DNA of 64,000 nt, from the NCBI GenBank assembly GCA_020444425.1, contig JAHLLB010000002.1, positions 13,250 to 77,249 on the forward strand. The letters are read 5' to 3'. Numbering within the stretch: the first letter of the stretch is position 1; each line of letters starts with the position of its first letter. Below the pieces are notes generated by a model. The model was not told the origin of the DNA, searched no databases, and saw only the letters and a list, made by a program, of their open reading frames with translations. Source of the stretch: a bacterium. GTDB taxonomy: Bacteria > Electryoneota > Electryoneia > Electryoneales > Electryoneaceae. Both the position numbers and the translations under genes were made by a program. Positions 29,665-39,560 of this stretch are shown piece after piece.

Positions 29665-30737
29665 CGACGTTCTTCGGTTGATTGAACCGGCTTGCGCAAA
29701 GCGTTCAGGATTGCTCCGGCAACATCTTGAATCGGAACCTGCAGCTCCACCCCACCAAGCTGATAAGCTTCCCGCGGCATACCGTACACGACGGACGTTT
29801 CCTTGTCCTGGCCGATTGTCCGCGCTCCGCGTTTCCGCATCGCCAGCATGCCCTTGTCGCCATCGCGCCCCATCCCGGTCAGGATGGCGCCGACAGCGTT
29901 CGGGCCCACATATTCTGCCACCGACTGAAACAGCACTTCGACGGACGGACGGTGACCGCTGACTTTTTCTTCATGGCTCAGCTTGACTTTGTAGATCCCG
30001 CCTGAGCGAACGACGCGCATGTGGTAATCACCAGGTGCGATCAACACTCGTCCGGACAGCACACGGTCATCATCCCGCGCTTCCTGCACGGTCATTTCCG
30101 ATTGAGAATTCAACCGTTCCGCAAACATGGCAGTGAATCCTGGCGGCATGTGCTGCACAATCACCACGCCAGGTGTGTTTGCCGGAAGAGCGGTGATCAC
30201 GGTGCGCAGGGCTTCCGTGCCGCCAGTGGAGGCACCGATCGCGATGACCTTATCGGTGGATTCAGCGAGAGCGGTTGTTGGTGGTCGTGCAACCGGAGCT
30301 TTCTTCAGTCCTGCCAAGCGTTTCCAGTGGCTGACATCGACTTGCGCCGCGGTCTTGACCTTTTCGCGGAGGTCATCGAGCATGTCCTCCATGCCACGCG
30401 CGACGTCCGCCTTCGGCTTGGCGACGATGTCCACCGCGCCGGCTTCCATCGCTTCCAGGGTGATCTGCTTTCCGCGCTCGGTCAGTGAACTGACCATCAC
30501 CGTCGGGATCGGGTACTGCGGCATGAGACGTCGAAGAAATTCAACGCCATCCATGCGCGGCATTTCCACATCAAGCGTGAGCACATTGGGCTTCAGCTGG
30601 ACGATCTTGTCGCGAGCCTGATACGGATCTCCCGCCGCACCCACAACCTCGATATCATCATCCTTGGCCAGCCCTCGAGTGAGGATCTGACGGATCAACG
30701 CGGAGTCATCAATGACCAGTACGCGTGCTTTCTTCAC
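29661..30737 (-). CDS. cheB: Chemotaxis response regulator methylesterase CheB
   Basis: Receiver motif LDVEMP plus GASTGG, QHMP, HRPSV and TGMGRDG. Confidence 0.95.
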   Translation of the reverse strand: MKKARVLVIDDSALIRQILTRGLAKDDDIEVVGAAGDPYQARDKIVQLKPNVLTLDVEMPRMDGVEFLRRLMPQYPIPTVMVSSLTERGKQITLEAMEAGAVDIVAKPKADVARGMEDMLDDLREKVKTAAQVDVSHWKRLAGLKKAPVARPPTTALAESTDKVIAIGASTGGTEALRTVITALPANTPGVVIVQHMPPGFTAMFAERLNSQSEMTVQEARDDDRVLSGRVLIAPGDYHMRVVRSGGIYKVKLSHEEKVSGHRPSVEVLFQSVAEYVGPNAVGAILTGMGRDGDKGMLAMRKRGARTIGQDKETSVVYGMPREAYQLGGVELQVPIQDVAGAILNALRKPVQSTEERR

Positions 30738-31582
30738 CTCACCTCCGTGCGCCGGTACAATGCCGGAATGACATAATCGAACAGAGCGTGATTTCGACCC
30801 AGGGTTTCCGAGTGCCCGATGAACAGGAGACCACCCGGATCAAGGAATTTGCCGAACTTTTTCAGGAGTTCGTCGCGTGTTGGCTGGTCGAAATAGATCA
30901 TCACGTTGCGGCAGAATATCGCCTGGAAGGTGCCTTTAAACGGGAAACTCGGGCGCATCAGGTTCAAGCGCCGGTGCAACAGCATTTTCTTCAGGCCTGG
31001 GTCAATCTGGTATTCTCCGCTGGGCTGCTTCTTGAAGTACTTGTTCTTCAAGGCTGGCGGCATATGGCTGATATTCTCCTGCCGGTAAATTCCGGCCTCA
31101 GCCTTGGCTAACGCGACGGTGGAAATGTCTGTCGCAAGCAGGCCGACGTCCCACGCCGCAGCTTCTCCTCCCAACGCTTCCTTGATCAGGATCGCCAGCA
31201 TGTACGACTCTTCCCCGGAGGAGCAGCCCGCAATCCAGATGCGGATCTTCTTCTGGTTGCGTGCCCGTTGCTGCTGGATCAATTTCGGCAGGAATTCGTC
31301 CCGGAAGAAGACGAAATGGTCCGGTTCGCGCCAGAAGTACGTGTGGTTTGTCGAGATACGGTCGACCAGCTGACTCAACGATTTGCCGGTGTCGTCCTTT
31401 TCGACGGCGAGAAGATAGTCCTGGAAGCTGGCAAAGCCACCTTCACGCAGAACCTTATTCAACCGTCCGGTAACCAGCGCCCGCTTCTGCTCTGTCAGGT
31501 TGATCCCGAACCGGCTGTAAATGAGTTCACGAATCTGCTTAAACTCTTTATCGTTGATTGTCGCTGTACCGACCATGTGCAA
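30734..31582 (-). CDS. cheR: Chemotaxis methyltransferase CheR
   Basis: STNHTYFWRE..HF, AGCSSGEE.Y, ATDIS, IFCRNVMIYF and GHSE motifs. The start may be ATG 31576. Confidence 0.95.
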   Translation of the reverse strand: MHMVGTATINDKEFKQIRELIYSRFGINLTEQKRALVTGRLNKVLREGGFASFQDYLLAVEKDDTGKSLSQLVDRISTNHTYFWREPDHFVFFRDEFLPKLIQQQRARNQKKIRIWIAGCSSGEESYMLAILIKEALGGEAAAWDVGLLATDISTVALAKAEAGIYRQENISHMPPALKNKYFKKQPSGEYQIDPGLKKMLLHRRLNLMRPSFPFKGTFQAIFCRNVMIYFDQPTRDELLKKFGKFLDPGGLLFIGHSETLGRNHALFDYVIPALYRRTEVR

Positions 31583-31611
31583 CCCGGAAGAACGTTAGCA
31601 GAAATGCCACC

Positions 31612-34020
31612 TTATGCGCGGGCAGTTTCCAAGTCCTTGTGGCTCTCTTTTCGGTTCACCTGCTTCATGATCCCACCGATATCGAGAATCAGGCAGATGC
31701 CGCCATCGCCGAGAATCGTGCAACCGGAAACACACGGCTGATCGGTGATATAGTCGCTCAAGCCCTTGATCACGATCTGGTGTTGACCGAGCAATTCATC
31801 GACGAACAAGCCGAACTGCTGCCCATCCACTTCGAGGATCGTGACGATTCCCTTCGTCAGATCCGGCGAATCGGCCTCGACGCTGAACTGGTCGTGCAAC
31901 CGGATCACTGGAATCAGATCGTCGCGAACTCGGATGATTTCCCGGCCATCCATCGGGCGGGTGATCATGCCTTCGGTCACCTGCAGCGATTCGCTGATGG
32001 TGGTGATCGGGATGACGTACTTTTCCTTGCCGACACGCAGCAGCATGCCGTCGATAATCGCCAGCGTCAGCGGGATGCGCAGAACAACCTCAGACCCCTT
32101 CCCCGCTTCAGATTTGACATCGACCTTGCCGCGGATGGATTCCAGGTTGCGGCGGACAACGTCCATGCCGACACCACGGCCGGAAACGTCGGTAACCTTC
32201 TCTGCCGTTGAGAACCCCGGTTGGAAAATCAGCTGCCAGACTTCATCGTTCGGTATTGTTTCGGCTTCTTCCGGGGTGACGATACCGCGTTCCAGCGCCT
32301 TGTTCAGGATGCGATCACGGTCGAGTCCCTTGCCATCATCCTTGATGGAGATCCACACCTCGCCGCCGACGTAATACGCACGGATTGCAACGTGACCCGT
32401 GGGCGATTTGCCAGCTTCCTCTCGTTCTTTCGGCGACTCGATGCCGTGATCGATGGAGTTGCGCAGAATGTGAACCAAGGGGTCGGTGATGTTCTCGATC
32501 ACCGTCTTGTCGACCTCGGTTTCCTCACCTTCGATCGTCAGCTCAACCTTCTTTTTCGATTTCTGTGCGACGTCCCGCACCAGGCGGAACATGCGGCGGA
32601 AGGTGCCGGAAAGCGGAATCATCCGGATGGAAGTGGAAATATCCTGCAGATCGCGCGTGATCTTGTTCAGTTGCATCACCGCACGCTCAAACCGGTCCAG
32701 CGGGATGTCGACGTCCTGCAGATCCTGGTTCTGCGCGACCATGGCTTCCGCGATCACCAGCTCGCCAACGAGATCGAGCAGACGGTCAACCTTTTCGACA
32801 TCAACACGGACCGACTGACGTTGCGCCGCCTGATTCTGCGCTGCGGGTGGAGGAGTCGCGGCTGCTGGTTTCGCCGCACCGTTGGTTGCTGGTTTCGCCT
32901 CAGGTTTGGCCGGAGCAGCCGTCTTCGGTTTCTCAGGTTCGGCGGCTGGAGCTTCAGGTTTCACCTCAGCCTTTGGTTCGGCTGCAGGCGACTTGGCTTC
33001 TGGTACCGCAGCCTTCCTGGGTTTGGTCTTCTCCTTCCGCTGCGCCTGCATCACTTCCTTGCCGACCGTGTCCTCCAGCAGATGCAACAGACCCGGCGCA
33101 GCCGGAATGCTGCCGTTGCCGGTATCCGGAACTGTCTTCAGTGTATTCCGCAGGAAGTCAATGATCTCCAGCAGCAGGCTGACGGTGGCCGGGTTGTATT
33201 CGACCTTTTTGTTTCGGTACAGATCAAGGACGGTTTCCGCGCCGTTGGCCAGCGCCATCATGTCCTTGAAATCGACGAACCCGCAGTTGCCCTTGAAGCT
33301 GTGCAGCGCCCGGAACGCTTCCTGGAGTGCGCTCTCGTCGTCCGTGTCCTTCTCGAAACGAATCAGGCATTCTTCAGCGGTCTGCAGTTGTTCTTCGGAT
33401 TCTGTCGCGAACTGACTCAGGATCTCGGGGGTGATCGGGATCGAATTGACTTCGGGAAGGTCTTCGACGACTTCTTCCTCTACCGGCTCTTCCTCCGATT
33501 CCTCAGCTGAATCGTCTGACTCATCCGTGACGACCTCGAACATGTCATCAGCGCGGACCACGGGACCGTCATCCTCTTCGTCCTCGCCACCTTTCAATGC
33601 GGCGATCTCCTTCCGGAGTTCGGCGGCTACCTGGTCGGCTTCTTCCTCGTGGCCTGCTTCATGGTAGACGCTGTCGATCTGGTCGAGCAGCTTCCGCAGG
33701 AAGTCGCTGGCGCGGTTGATGAGGTCAATGTGGGCGGCTGTAAGTTTGCCCTGACCTTTCCGGAACAGGTCCAGCAGAGTTTCAGCTTCGTGCGTGACTC
33801 TGCTGATCAATGTCAGGTCGAGAAAGCCTGCACCGCCTTTCAGCGAATGGAACAGGCGGAAAATTGTGTTGATGGTTTCCGGATCGATGTCGCCGGATTC
33901 ATCTTCCGCTGCCTGGCTTTCCAGTTCAATAATCAACGGTTCTGCGTCGTCGATCAGCTCACGGCCTTCTTCGACGAAGCTCTGCAACAGTTCCCGTTGT
34001 TCTTGTTCTTCGGGAGTCAT
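31612..34020 (-). CDS. cheA: Chemotaxis histidine kinase CheA with two HPt domains
   Basis: FRLFHSLKG and FRALHSFKG; VRVD dimerization motif, HILRNSIDHGIE, DDGKG, GFSTA, SGRGVGMDVV and a C-terminal CheW-like domain. Confidence 0.95.
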   Translation of the reverse strand: MTPEEQEQRELLQSFVEEGRELIDDAEPLIIELESQAAEDESGDIDPETINTIFRLFHSLKGGAGFLDLTLISRVTHEAETLLDLFRKGQGKLTAAHIDLINRASDFLRKLLDQIDSVYHEAGHEEEADQVAAELRKEIAALKGGEDEEDDGPVVRADDMFEVVTDESDDSAEESEEEPVEEEVVEDLPEVNSIPITPEILSQFATESEEQLQTAEECLIRFEKDTDDESALQEAFRALHSFKGNCGFVDFKDMMALANGAETVLDLYRNKKVEYNPATVSLLLEIIDFLRNTLKTVPDTGNGSIPAAPGLLHLLEDTVGKEVMQAQRKEKTKPRKAAVPEAKSPAAEPKAEVKPEAPAAEPEKPKTAAPAKPEAKPATNGAAKPAAATPPPAAQNQAAQRQSVRVDVEKVDRLLDLVGELVIAEAMVAQNQDLQDVDIPLDRFERAVMQLNKITRDLQDISTSIRMIPLSGTFRRMFRLVRDVAQKSKKKVELTIEGEETEVDKTVIENITDPLVHILRNSIDHGIESPKEREEAGKSPTGHVAIRAYYVGGEVWISIKDDGKGLDRDRILNKALERGIVTPEEAETIPNDEVWQLIFQPGFSTAEKVTDVSGRGVGMDVVRRNLESIRGKVDVKSEAGKGSEVVLRIPLTLAIIDGMLLRVGKEKYVIPITTISESLQVTEGMITRPMDGREIIRVRDDLIPVIRLHDQFSVEADSPDLTKGIVTILEVDGQQFGLFVDELLGQHQIVIKGLSDYITDQPCVSGCTILGDGGICLILDIGGIMKQVNRKESHKDLETARA

Positions 34021-34246
34021 GTCCCCACCCCAGATTACACGCTTAATCTTACGATAGTGTAAATTGTGTTCTCGGATGGGCTAATGCAAGTGGATTCCGG
34101 GCTTCCGGAGACAAAATTCGAAAAGCGAGAGCACTCCAATGAGAGTATTCGACAATCTGCTGAAATCTGGGGATTACGAAGGATATCTGCGGATGGAGAG
34201 AGCGGCCAGAGGCCGGTACTGCTGTCAGCAAAAGGCTTTCAGCGGA

Positions 34247-34705
34247 TTACCGGCCCTCTTCTTCGCGAGCTTTCTTGGCAGCGATACTCAGCGTTGCATG
34301 CGGTACCGCCTCGAGACGGGCGAATTCAATCGGGAGACCGGTGTCCATGCAGTAGCCGTAGGTCCCGGCCTTCATCCGGTCGAGTGCGGCCAGCAGGCTG
34401 CGCAGGAATTTGTGTTCACGCTGGGCAAACAGCAGCGCCTTTTCACGTTCCTGAGCGTCGGTGCCTTGATCGGCCATGTGGAGGCTGTAGGTGGAGCTGT
34501 CGCCGGAGTACTCGTCCAACGGCTTCAGCGAGCTCTCTTCGAGGTAGCCCAGCTCCTTCTTGACGGCTTCAACCTTCTGCAGGATGATGCCGCGGAAGTG
34601 TTCCTCATCTTCCGGCCGGTAACGACGAACGCCGTCGTCGTAATCCACCTTTGGACTCCAACCGCTATCCGACTTTTTTTCGGTTTTCTTCTCGTTTTTG
34701 CTCAT
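34247..34705 (-). CDS. TraR/DksA family transcription factor retaining only one Cys of the C4 zinc site
   Basis: SLHMADQGTD..ERE and ALDR...GTYGYCMDTG.PI...RLEAVP.ATLS motifs. Confidence 0.85.
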   Translation of the reverse strand: MSKNEKKTEKKSDSGWSPKVDYDDGVRRYRPEDEEHFRGIILQKVEAVKKELGYLEESSLKPLDEYSGDSSTYSLHMADQGTDAQEREKALLFAQREHKFLRSLLAALDRMKAGTYGYCMDTGLPIEFARLEAVPHATLSIAAKKAREEEGR

Positions 34706-34722
34706 CCAACTTGCTCCATCAC

Positions 34723-37700
34723 TTATCCGGCAGCCGGTTCAACGACCAGCCGCACAGCCTTGTCGTTCACATCCAGCGTGTCCGAAGAATCTTCAAGCTC
34801 TTGAACATCAACGCGAATTGCAAGTACTTCCCGCTCAATGAGGGCTCGATGTTGCTCGACTGCCTCCCTCAGCTCTCCGTCAGCGAATACTTGCAGATTG
34901 ATCCGCTGAGTCACTTCAAATTGCAGGTCTTTCCGCTTGTTCTGAATCCGATTGATCAACTCGCGGACATAGCCTTCGGCCTTCAACTCGTCATTCAGCC
35001 GGGTATCCAGCGCGAGCAGAACGTTCCCATCTTCGTTGACTTCCAGGTAATCCGGTGCTTCCTGACTCAGCAGCACATCATCAGGCCCGAATTCTTCGCC
35101 ATCCAGGGTGACCGTTTCTCCGGCAGCCCAGGCTGCGGTTGTTGACGGGTCAGAATTGATGATCTTCGGTGCCCAGACCTTGACGTCTTTCCCGAAGCGT
35201 GGTCCGAGGGTGACGAAGTTCGGTTTCGCCCGGAAGGTGACAAGTTCGCTGGCAGAATCGGCAAACTCCAACTCCCGGATGTTCAATTCATCGAGCACCA
35301 GTTCCCGCAGGTCAGCGAGCATCTCACGCTGCGTTTCCTCAGCCACGAGAAGCAGTTTCGCCAACGGTTGCCGTACTTTCAGCCGAGCCGCCTCACGAGC
35401 AGACCGTCCGGCGGTGACCACCGCGCGGGCGTAATCCATGTTCGCCTTGATCGTATCGTCCCGGAGGGAATCGTCGACCTTCGGCCATGTATCGAGGTGG
35501 ATCGAGTCATGCGCACCCTTGCTGTGGCCACGTACCAGATTCTGGTACATGATCTCACTGATGAATGGCGCGAACGGTGCGAGCACACGGATGAAACCGG
35601 TCAGCACGTCGTACAGCGTACGGTATGCGCGATTCTTGTCGCCCAGCTGGTCCGACTTCCAGAAACGGCGGCGGCTGCGACGGATATACCAGTTTGTCAA
35701 TCGGTCGACGAAATCCGTGATCGCGGCAGCGGCGGGCATCACGTCGTAGCCTTCCAGCTTTTCGGTGACTTCCGTGACGAGATCGTTGTACGCCGTCAGA
35801 ATCCAGCGGTCGATCGGGGTCCGCTCGGACATCTCGTAGTCGGCGTTCGGATCCCAGCCGTCCACATTGGCATAGGTCACGAAGAAGCTGTACGCATTCC
35901 ACAATGGAATGAACACCTGCTTCAGGCTGTCCTTAAGTGCTTCCTCGCCGAAGCGAACCGGCAGCCACGGGTTGTTGCGGAAGAATGACCAACGGACCGC
36001 GTCGGCGCCGTACTGTTCCATGATCGGAATCGGCGGGACGACATTCCCCTTCGACTTCGACATCTTCTGCCCCTCCTCGTCGAGGACGAGGTTGGTGCAG
36101 ATCACGTTCTTGTAGGACGACCAGCGGTTCTTGTCGTCATCCTCCCGCGCAATGGCGAGCAACGTACTCGCCGCGAGCAGGCTGTAGAACCAGCCACGGG
36201 TCTGGTCGAGGCCTTCGCAGATGAAATCGGCCGGATACTGATGACTGAAGTAATCGACTGACCCCTCAGCCGCCGGGTAGCCAATTTGACCCCACGGCAT
36301 GATACCGGCGTTGAACCAGCTGTCGAGTACAAAGTTTTCGCGATGCAGCGCGACACCGTCCTCAGTCCGCAGCACAACATCGTCAATGCGCGGTTTGTGG
36401 ATATCGGCGTCCGCCGCAAACGGATCATCTCCCTGTCGTTTGAGATGCTCGTTCAGCTCCTCGATGGACTTGATCACGACGACATGTTCGTTGTCCTCGC
36501 TGGTCCACACGGGCAGCGGCGAGCCCCAGAAGCGCTCACGGGTAATGTTCCAGTCGATCACATTCTCCAGCCACTTGCCGAAGCGGCCCTCACGGATGTG
36601 ATCGGGAATCCAGTTGATCCGTTCGTTGGCGGCGAGCATCTCGTCCCGCATCGCCCTCGCGCGAATGAACCAGCCCGGCCGCGGGAAATAGACCAGCGGC
36701 GTACCGGTCTTGTAGTTGAACGGGTAGGTGTGCTCGTGCTTCTCCTTGGCGAACAGCAGGCCACGGGCGGCGAGGCTCTTGAGGATTTCAATCTCGAGAT
36801 CTTCGTCCTTGAACCAGCGTCCCAACCATTCCGGCTCACCTTCGACGACCTCGCCCGCTTCGTTGACACGGAGCGTAAAGTCGAGTTTGTGCTGCTTGAT
36901 CAGGCGGTAGTCGTCCTCACCGTACGGAGCGAGGTGGACGAGGCCGGTACCGTCGTCTGCGGTAACGTAATCGTCCGCGATGACAAAATGACCGTTCTGA
37001 TCGCCGGACAACGCCTGGAAATTCCACAGCGGCTGATACTTCGTGCCTGCGAGCTCGGTACCGCTGATTGTCGCTTCGATCTCGTAGTTGTCCGTGCCAC
37101 CGAGGAAATTGCTCAACGCTTCCAGCCGTGACTTGGCGAGGATCAGGCGTTCCCCAGCCTTGTTCAAGCCGTTGTTCGCGTCATTCTTGATGCGAATGCG
37201 GACGTAGGTCAGTGACGGTCCGGCGGCGACGGCGATGTTGCTGAGTAGCGTCCACGCGGTAGTCGTCCACACGACCAGCTTGGTGTTCTCCTGCCCAATC
37301 ACCGGCATCTTCGCGAACAGGGACAGTTCGGTGACTTCCTTGTAGCCCTGCGCGACCTCAAAATTGGACAGCGTCGTGCCCTGAGTCGGGCACCACGCGC
37401 TGACACGGTAATCCTTGTACAGGAACCGGTCCTGCCCCGCGAGGTTGGTGCGGTCGGCGAATTGCGGCTTGACCTTCGTGTTCCACGCCTGCTTCAACAC
37501 CCACCAGTCGCTCTGGATGTAGTCGTTGGTGTAGGTCGCGTAGAACTCGTCAAGATCGAGAAAGCGTCCGACACGGTGGATCGCTTCTTCCCACGTGCTC
37601 TTAAACCGGAAGACGGTTTCGCGGCAGTAATCGACGTATTTCTGCACGCCATACGCTTCGATGTCCCGCTTGGAGGCCAGTCCGAGGTCCCGGTCGGCGG

Positions 37701-38010
37701 TCAGCTCGATCGGAAGACCGTGCGTATCCCAACCGGCCTTACGCAACACGCGCCGACCCTTCATCGTCTCGTAACGTGGCCACAGATCCTTCAGCGCCGA
37801 CTGCATCAGGTGGCCGATATGCGGCGGACCATTGGTTCCTGGAGGGCCATCGTAGAAGACCCAATCCTGTCCATCCTTGCGTTCATCGATGGTTCGCTGG
37901 AAGATGTTCTCTTTCTTCCATTGATCGAGGATGGCGTGGTCCTGTTTCGGAAAGTCCGGGGGATTGGGTACCGGCGCAAACATCGTGTGGCGGGCTTTAT
38001 CGTCAGTCAT
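34723..38010 (-). CDS. ileS: Isoleucine-tRNA ligase, type 2 (eukaryote/archaea-like)
   Basis: DGPP..NG.PHIGH, GWDTHGLP, WNITRERFWG, EGLDQTRGWF and KMSKS motifs, with a type-2 C-terminus (EG..RE.INRIQ..RK). Start at ATG 38010. Confidence 0.95.
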   Translation of the reverse strand: MTDDKARHTMFAPVPNPPDFPKQDHAILDQWKKENIFQRTIDERKDGQDWVFYDGPPGTNGPPHIGHLMQSALKDLWPRYETMKGRRVLRKAGWDTHGLPIELTADRDLGLASKRDIEAYGVQKYVDYCRETVFRFKSTWEEAIHRVGRFLDLDEFYATYTNDYIQSDWWVLKQAWNTKVKPQFADRTNLAGQDRFLYKDYRVSAWCPTQGTTLSNFEVAQGYKEVTELSLFAKMPVIGQENTKLVVWTTTAWTLLSNIAVAAGPSLTYVRIRIKNDANNGLNKAGERLILAKSRLEALSNFLGGTDNYEIEATISGTELAGTKYQPLWNFQALSGDQNGHFVIADDYVTADDGTGLVHLAPYGEDDYRLIKQHKLDFTLRVNEAGEVVEGEPEWLGRWFKDEDLEIEILKSLAARGLLFAKEKHEHTYPFNYKTGTPLVYFPRPGWFIRARAMRDEMLAANERINWIPDHIREGRFGKWLENVIDWNITRERFWGSPLPVWTSEDNEHVVVIKSIEELNEHLKRQGDDPFAADADIHKPRIDDVVLRTEDGVALHRENFVLDSWFNAGIMPWGQIGYPAAEGSVDYFSHQYPADFICEGLDQTRGWFYSLLAASTLLAIAREDDDKNRWSSYKNVICTNLVLDEEGQKMSKSKGNVVPPIPIMEQYGADAVRWSFFRNNPWLPVRFGEEALKDSLKQVFIPLWNAYSFFVTYANVDGWDPNADYEMSERTPIDRWILTAYNDLVTEVTEKLEGYDVMPAAAAITDFVDRLTNWYIRRSRRRFWKSDQLGDKNRAYRTLYDVLTGFIRVLAPFAPFISEIMYQNLVRGHSKGAHDSIHLDTWPKVDDSLRDDTIKANMDYARAVVTAGRSAREAARLKVRQPLAKLLLVAEETQREMLADLRELVLDELNIRELEFADSASELVTFRAKPNFVTLGPRFGKDVKVWAPKIINSDPSTTAAWAAGETVTLDGEEFGPDDVLLSQEAPDYLEVNEDGNVLLALDTRLNDELKAEGYVRELINRIQNKRKDLQFEVTQRINLQVFADGELREAVEQHRALIEREVLAIRVDVQELEDSSDTLDVNDKAVRLVVEPAAG

Positions 38011-38017
38011 AAACTCT

Positions 38018-38569
38018 CTAGCGGGCATTCCCGTGTTGTGGATCTCGGGGTGAGCGTTCTGTCTTCGCGTCACCGTTGGGTTCACCGGGCGCGTGGTTGT
38101 CGTCCAGAATCTGGTCCAGCGGATCCTGTTCGAGGATTTCCAGCAAGTCCACCTGGTTCCGGAGGACGTGCTTCAAGGTCAAAATGAACGAACGCCGCTG
38201 ACCTTCCAGTCGGGCGATGTCGTCCTCAATCTGCTGTCGTTTGCGGCGGCTGTCGGTGATGATCTGCTCGGCTTCCAGCTGCGCGCTTTGTACCAGCAGA
38301 TCCGCCTCACGGCTGGAACGACCTTCCGCCTCACGTGCAGCCTTGGTTGCGCTCATCGCGGCGTCCTGCAGACTGGTTTCCATCTGCTGGTAGTCCTGCA
38401 GCTTCGTCTGCAACGTAGCCAATTGCTTGTTCAACGACTGGTTTTCGTTGATCGCCTGCTCGTACGCATCGGCCACCGATTCGAGGAAGCTGCGGACCTC
38501 GTCCTGGTCATAGCCACGCATCTGCCGGCTAAACTCCTGCTTGCGTACATCCAGCGGTGTCAGCTTCAT
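38018..38569 (-). CDS. divIVA: DivIVA domain protein
   Basis: MKLTPLDVRKQEF....RGYD.DEV.SFL followed by a coiled coil. Confidence 0.9.
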   Translation of the reverse strand: MKLTPLDVRKQEFSRQMRGYDQDEVRSFLESVADAYEQAINENQSLNKQLATLQTKLQDYQQMETSLQDAAMSATKAAREAEGRSSREADLLVQSAQLEAEQIITDSRRKRQQIEDDIARLEGQRRSFILTLKHVLRNQVDLLEILEQDPLDQILDDNHAPGEPNGDAKTERSPRDPQHGNAR

Positions 38570-38576
38570 GGCGGCC

Positions 38577-39293
38577 TCAGGTTTGCCGGGGTCCAAAGAT
38601 GGCGGTTCCGATCCGAACCATCGTCGACCCTTCCTCAATTGCGATATCGTAATCGTCCGTCATCCCCATTGACAGCGTGTCCATGGAAACGTGCGGCAGA
38701 TTCAAGTTGGTCAACCGTCCGGCGGCGGCTCGCACCTCCGCGAACGCCTTCCGGATCGTGTCACGGTTATCCGTCAACGGGCCAATCGCCATCAGGCCAT
38801 TTACGCTGACATGGTCCAGCTTCGACGCCGCGACAGCAAGATCCTCGAGTTCGGTCAGCTCCACCCCGCCCTGTGTGTCCGCACCGCTGACGTTCACCTG
38901 CAACAGGACCTTCGCAGTGACGCCCAACTCCCCGGCGATACGGTCGGCACGATTCAACAGTTTCAAGCGGTCAATCGACTGAACCGAAGTAAACAGTTCC
39001 AAAATCGGCTTGACCTTGTTGCTCTGCAAGGTGCCGATGAACGACCAGTGCAGCTCGTTCGCCAGCTGAGGGAACTGTTGCCGGATCGCTTCAATCTTTT
39101 CCGGTGTTCCCTGGAAACGGTTCTCGCCGAAGAAACGTTGCCCGGCATTGATCGCTTCGGCGACTGCGGCCACCGGCTGAAACTTGCTCACCGCAAGCAG
39201 GTGTACATCATCCGGCGAACGCCCAGCAGCCTTCGCGGCGCGAGCGATTCGATCCTGAACCTCAGCCAGCCGTTCCGCGACACTCGCGGCCAT
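38577..39293 (-). CDS. yggS: PLP homeostasis protein YggS
   Basis: LLAVSK, FGENR, FIG.LQSNK, GLM.IG, LSMGMT.DY and EGSTMVRIGTAIFG motifs. Confidence 0.95.
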   Translation of the reverse strand: MAASVAERLAEVQDRIARAAKAAGRSPDDVHLLAVSKFQPVAAVAEAINAGQRFFGENRFQGTPEKIEAIRQQFPQLANELHWSFIGTLQSNKVKPILELFTSVQSIDRLKLLNRADRIAGELGVTAKVLLQVNVSGADTQGGVELTELEDLAVAASKLDHVSVNGLMAIGPLTDNRDTIRKAFAEVRAAAGRLTNLNLPHVSMDTLSMGMTDDYDIAIEEGSTMVRIGTAIFGPRQT

Positions 39294-39560
39294 CACGATC
39301 ATCCCCCTGCAAAAACATGCGCAAATATAGACGCCTGCCTCAGAAGAGGCAAGGTAAACCGACGGTACTGCGTGGCTTTGAACACCGCAACGAAGCAACC
39401 TCGTACTCACCTGCACAGCATACGACGTACTTAGCAGATCCGCATGGCCCAGATCAAACGGAGCGGAGTACGGATTTTTATTTAGAGGTTTTTTTCAGGA
39501 ACGCAGGCTCCCACGGTGCGTATCTTATTTAGGAATTCCTAACACGTCAGGCTCGTCATC

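Noticed and set aside
32221-33510. 429-aa + strand ORF, and similar ones at 8280-9374, 11747-12715, 21517-22425 and 41965-43248
   Set aside because: These are antisense shadows of well-supported genes in GC-rich DNA.
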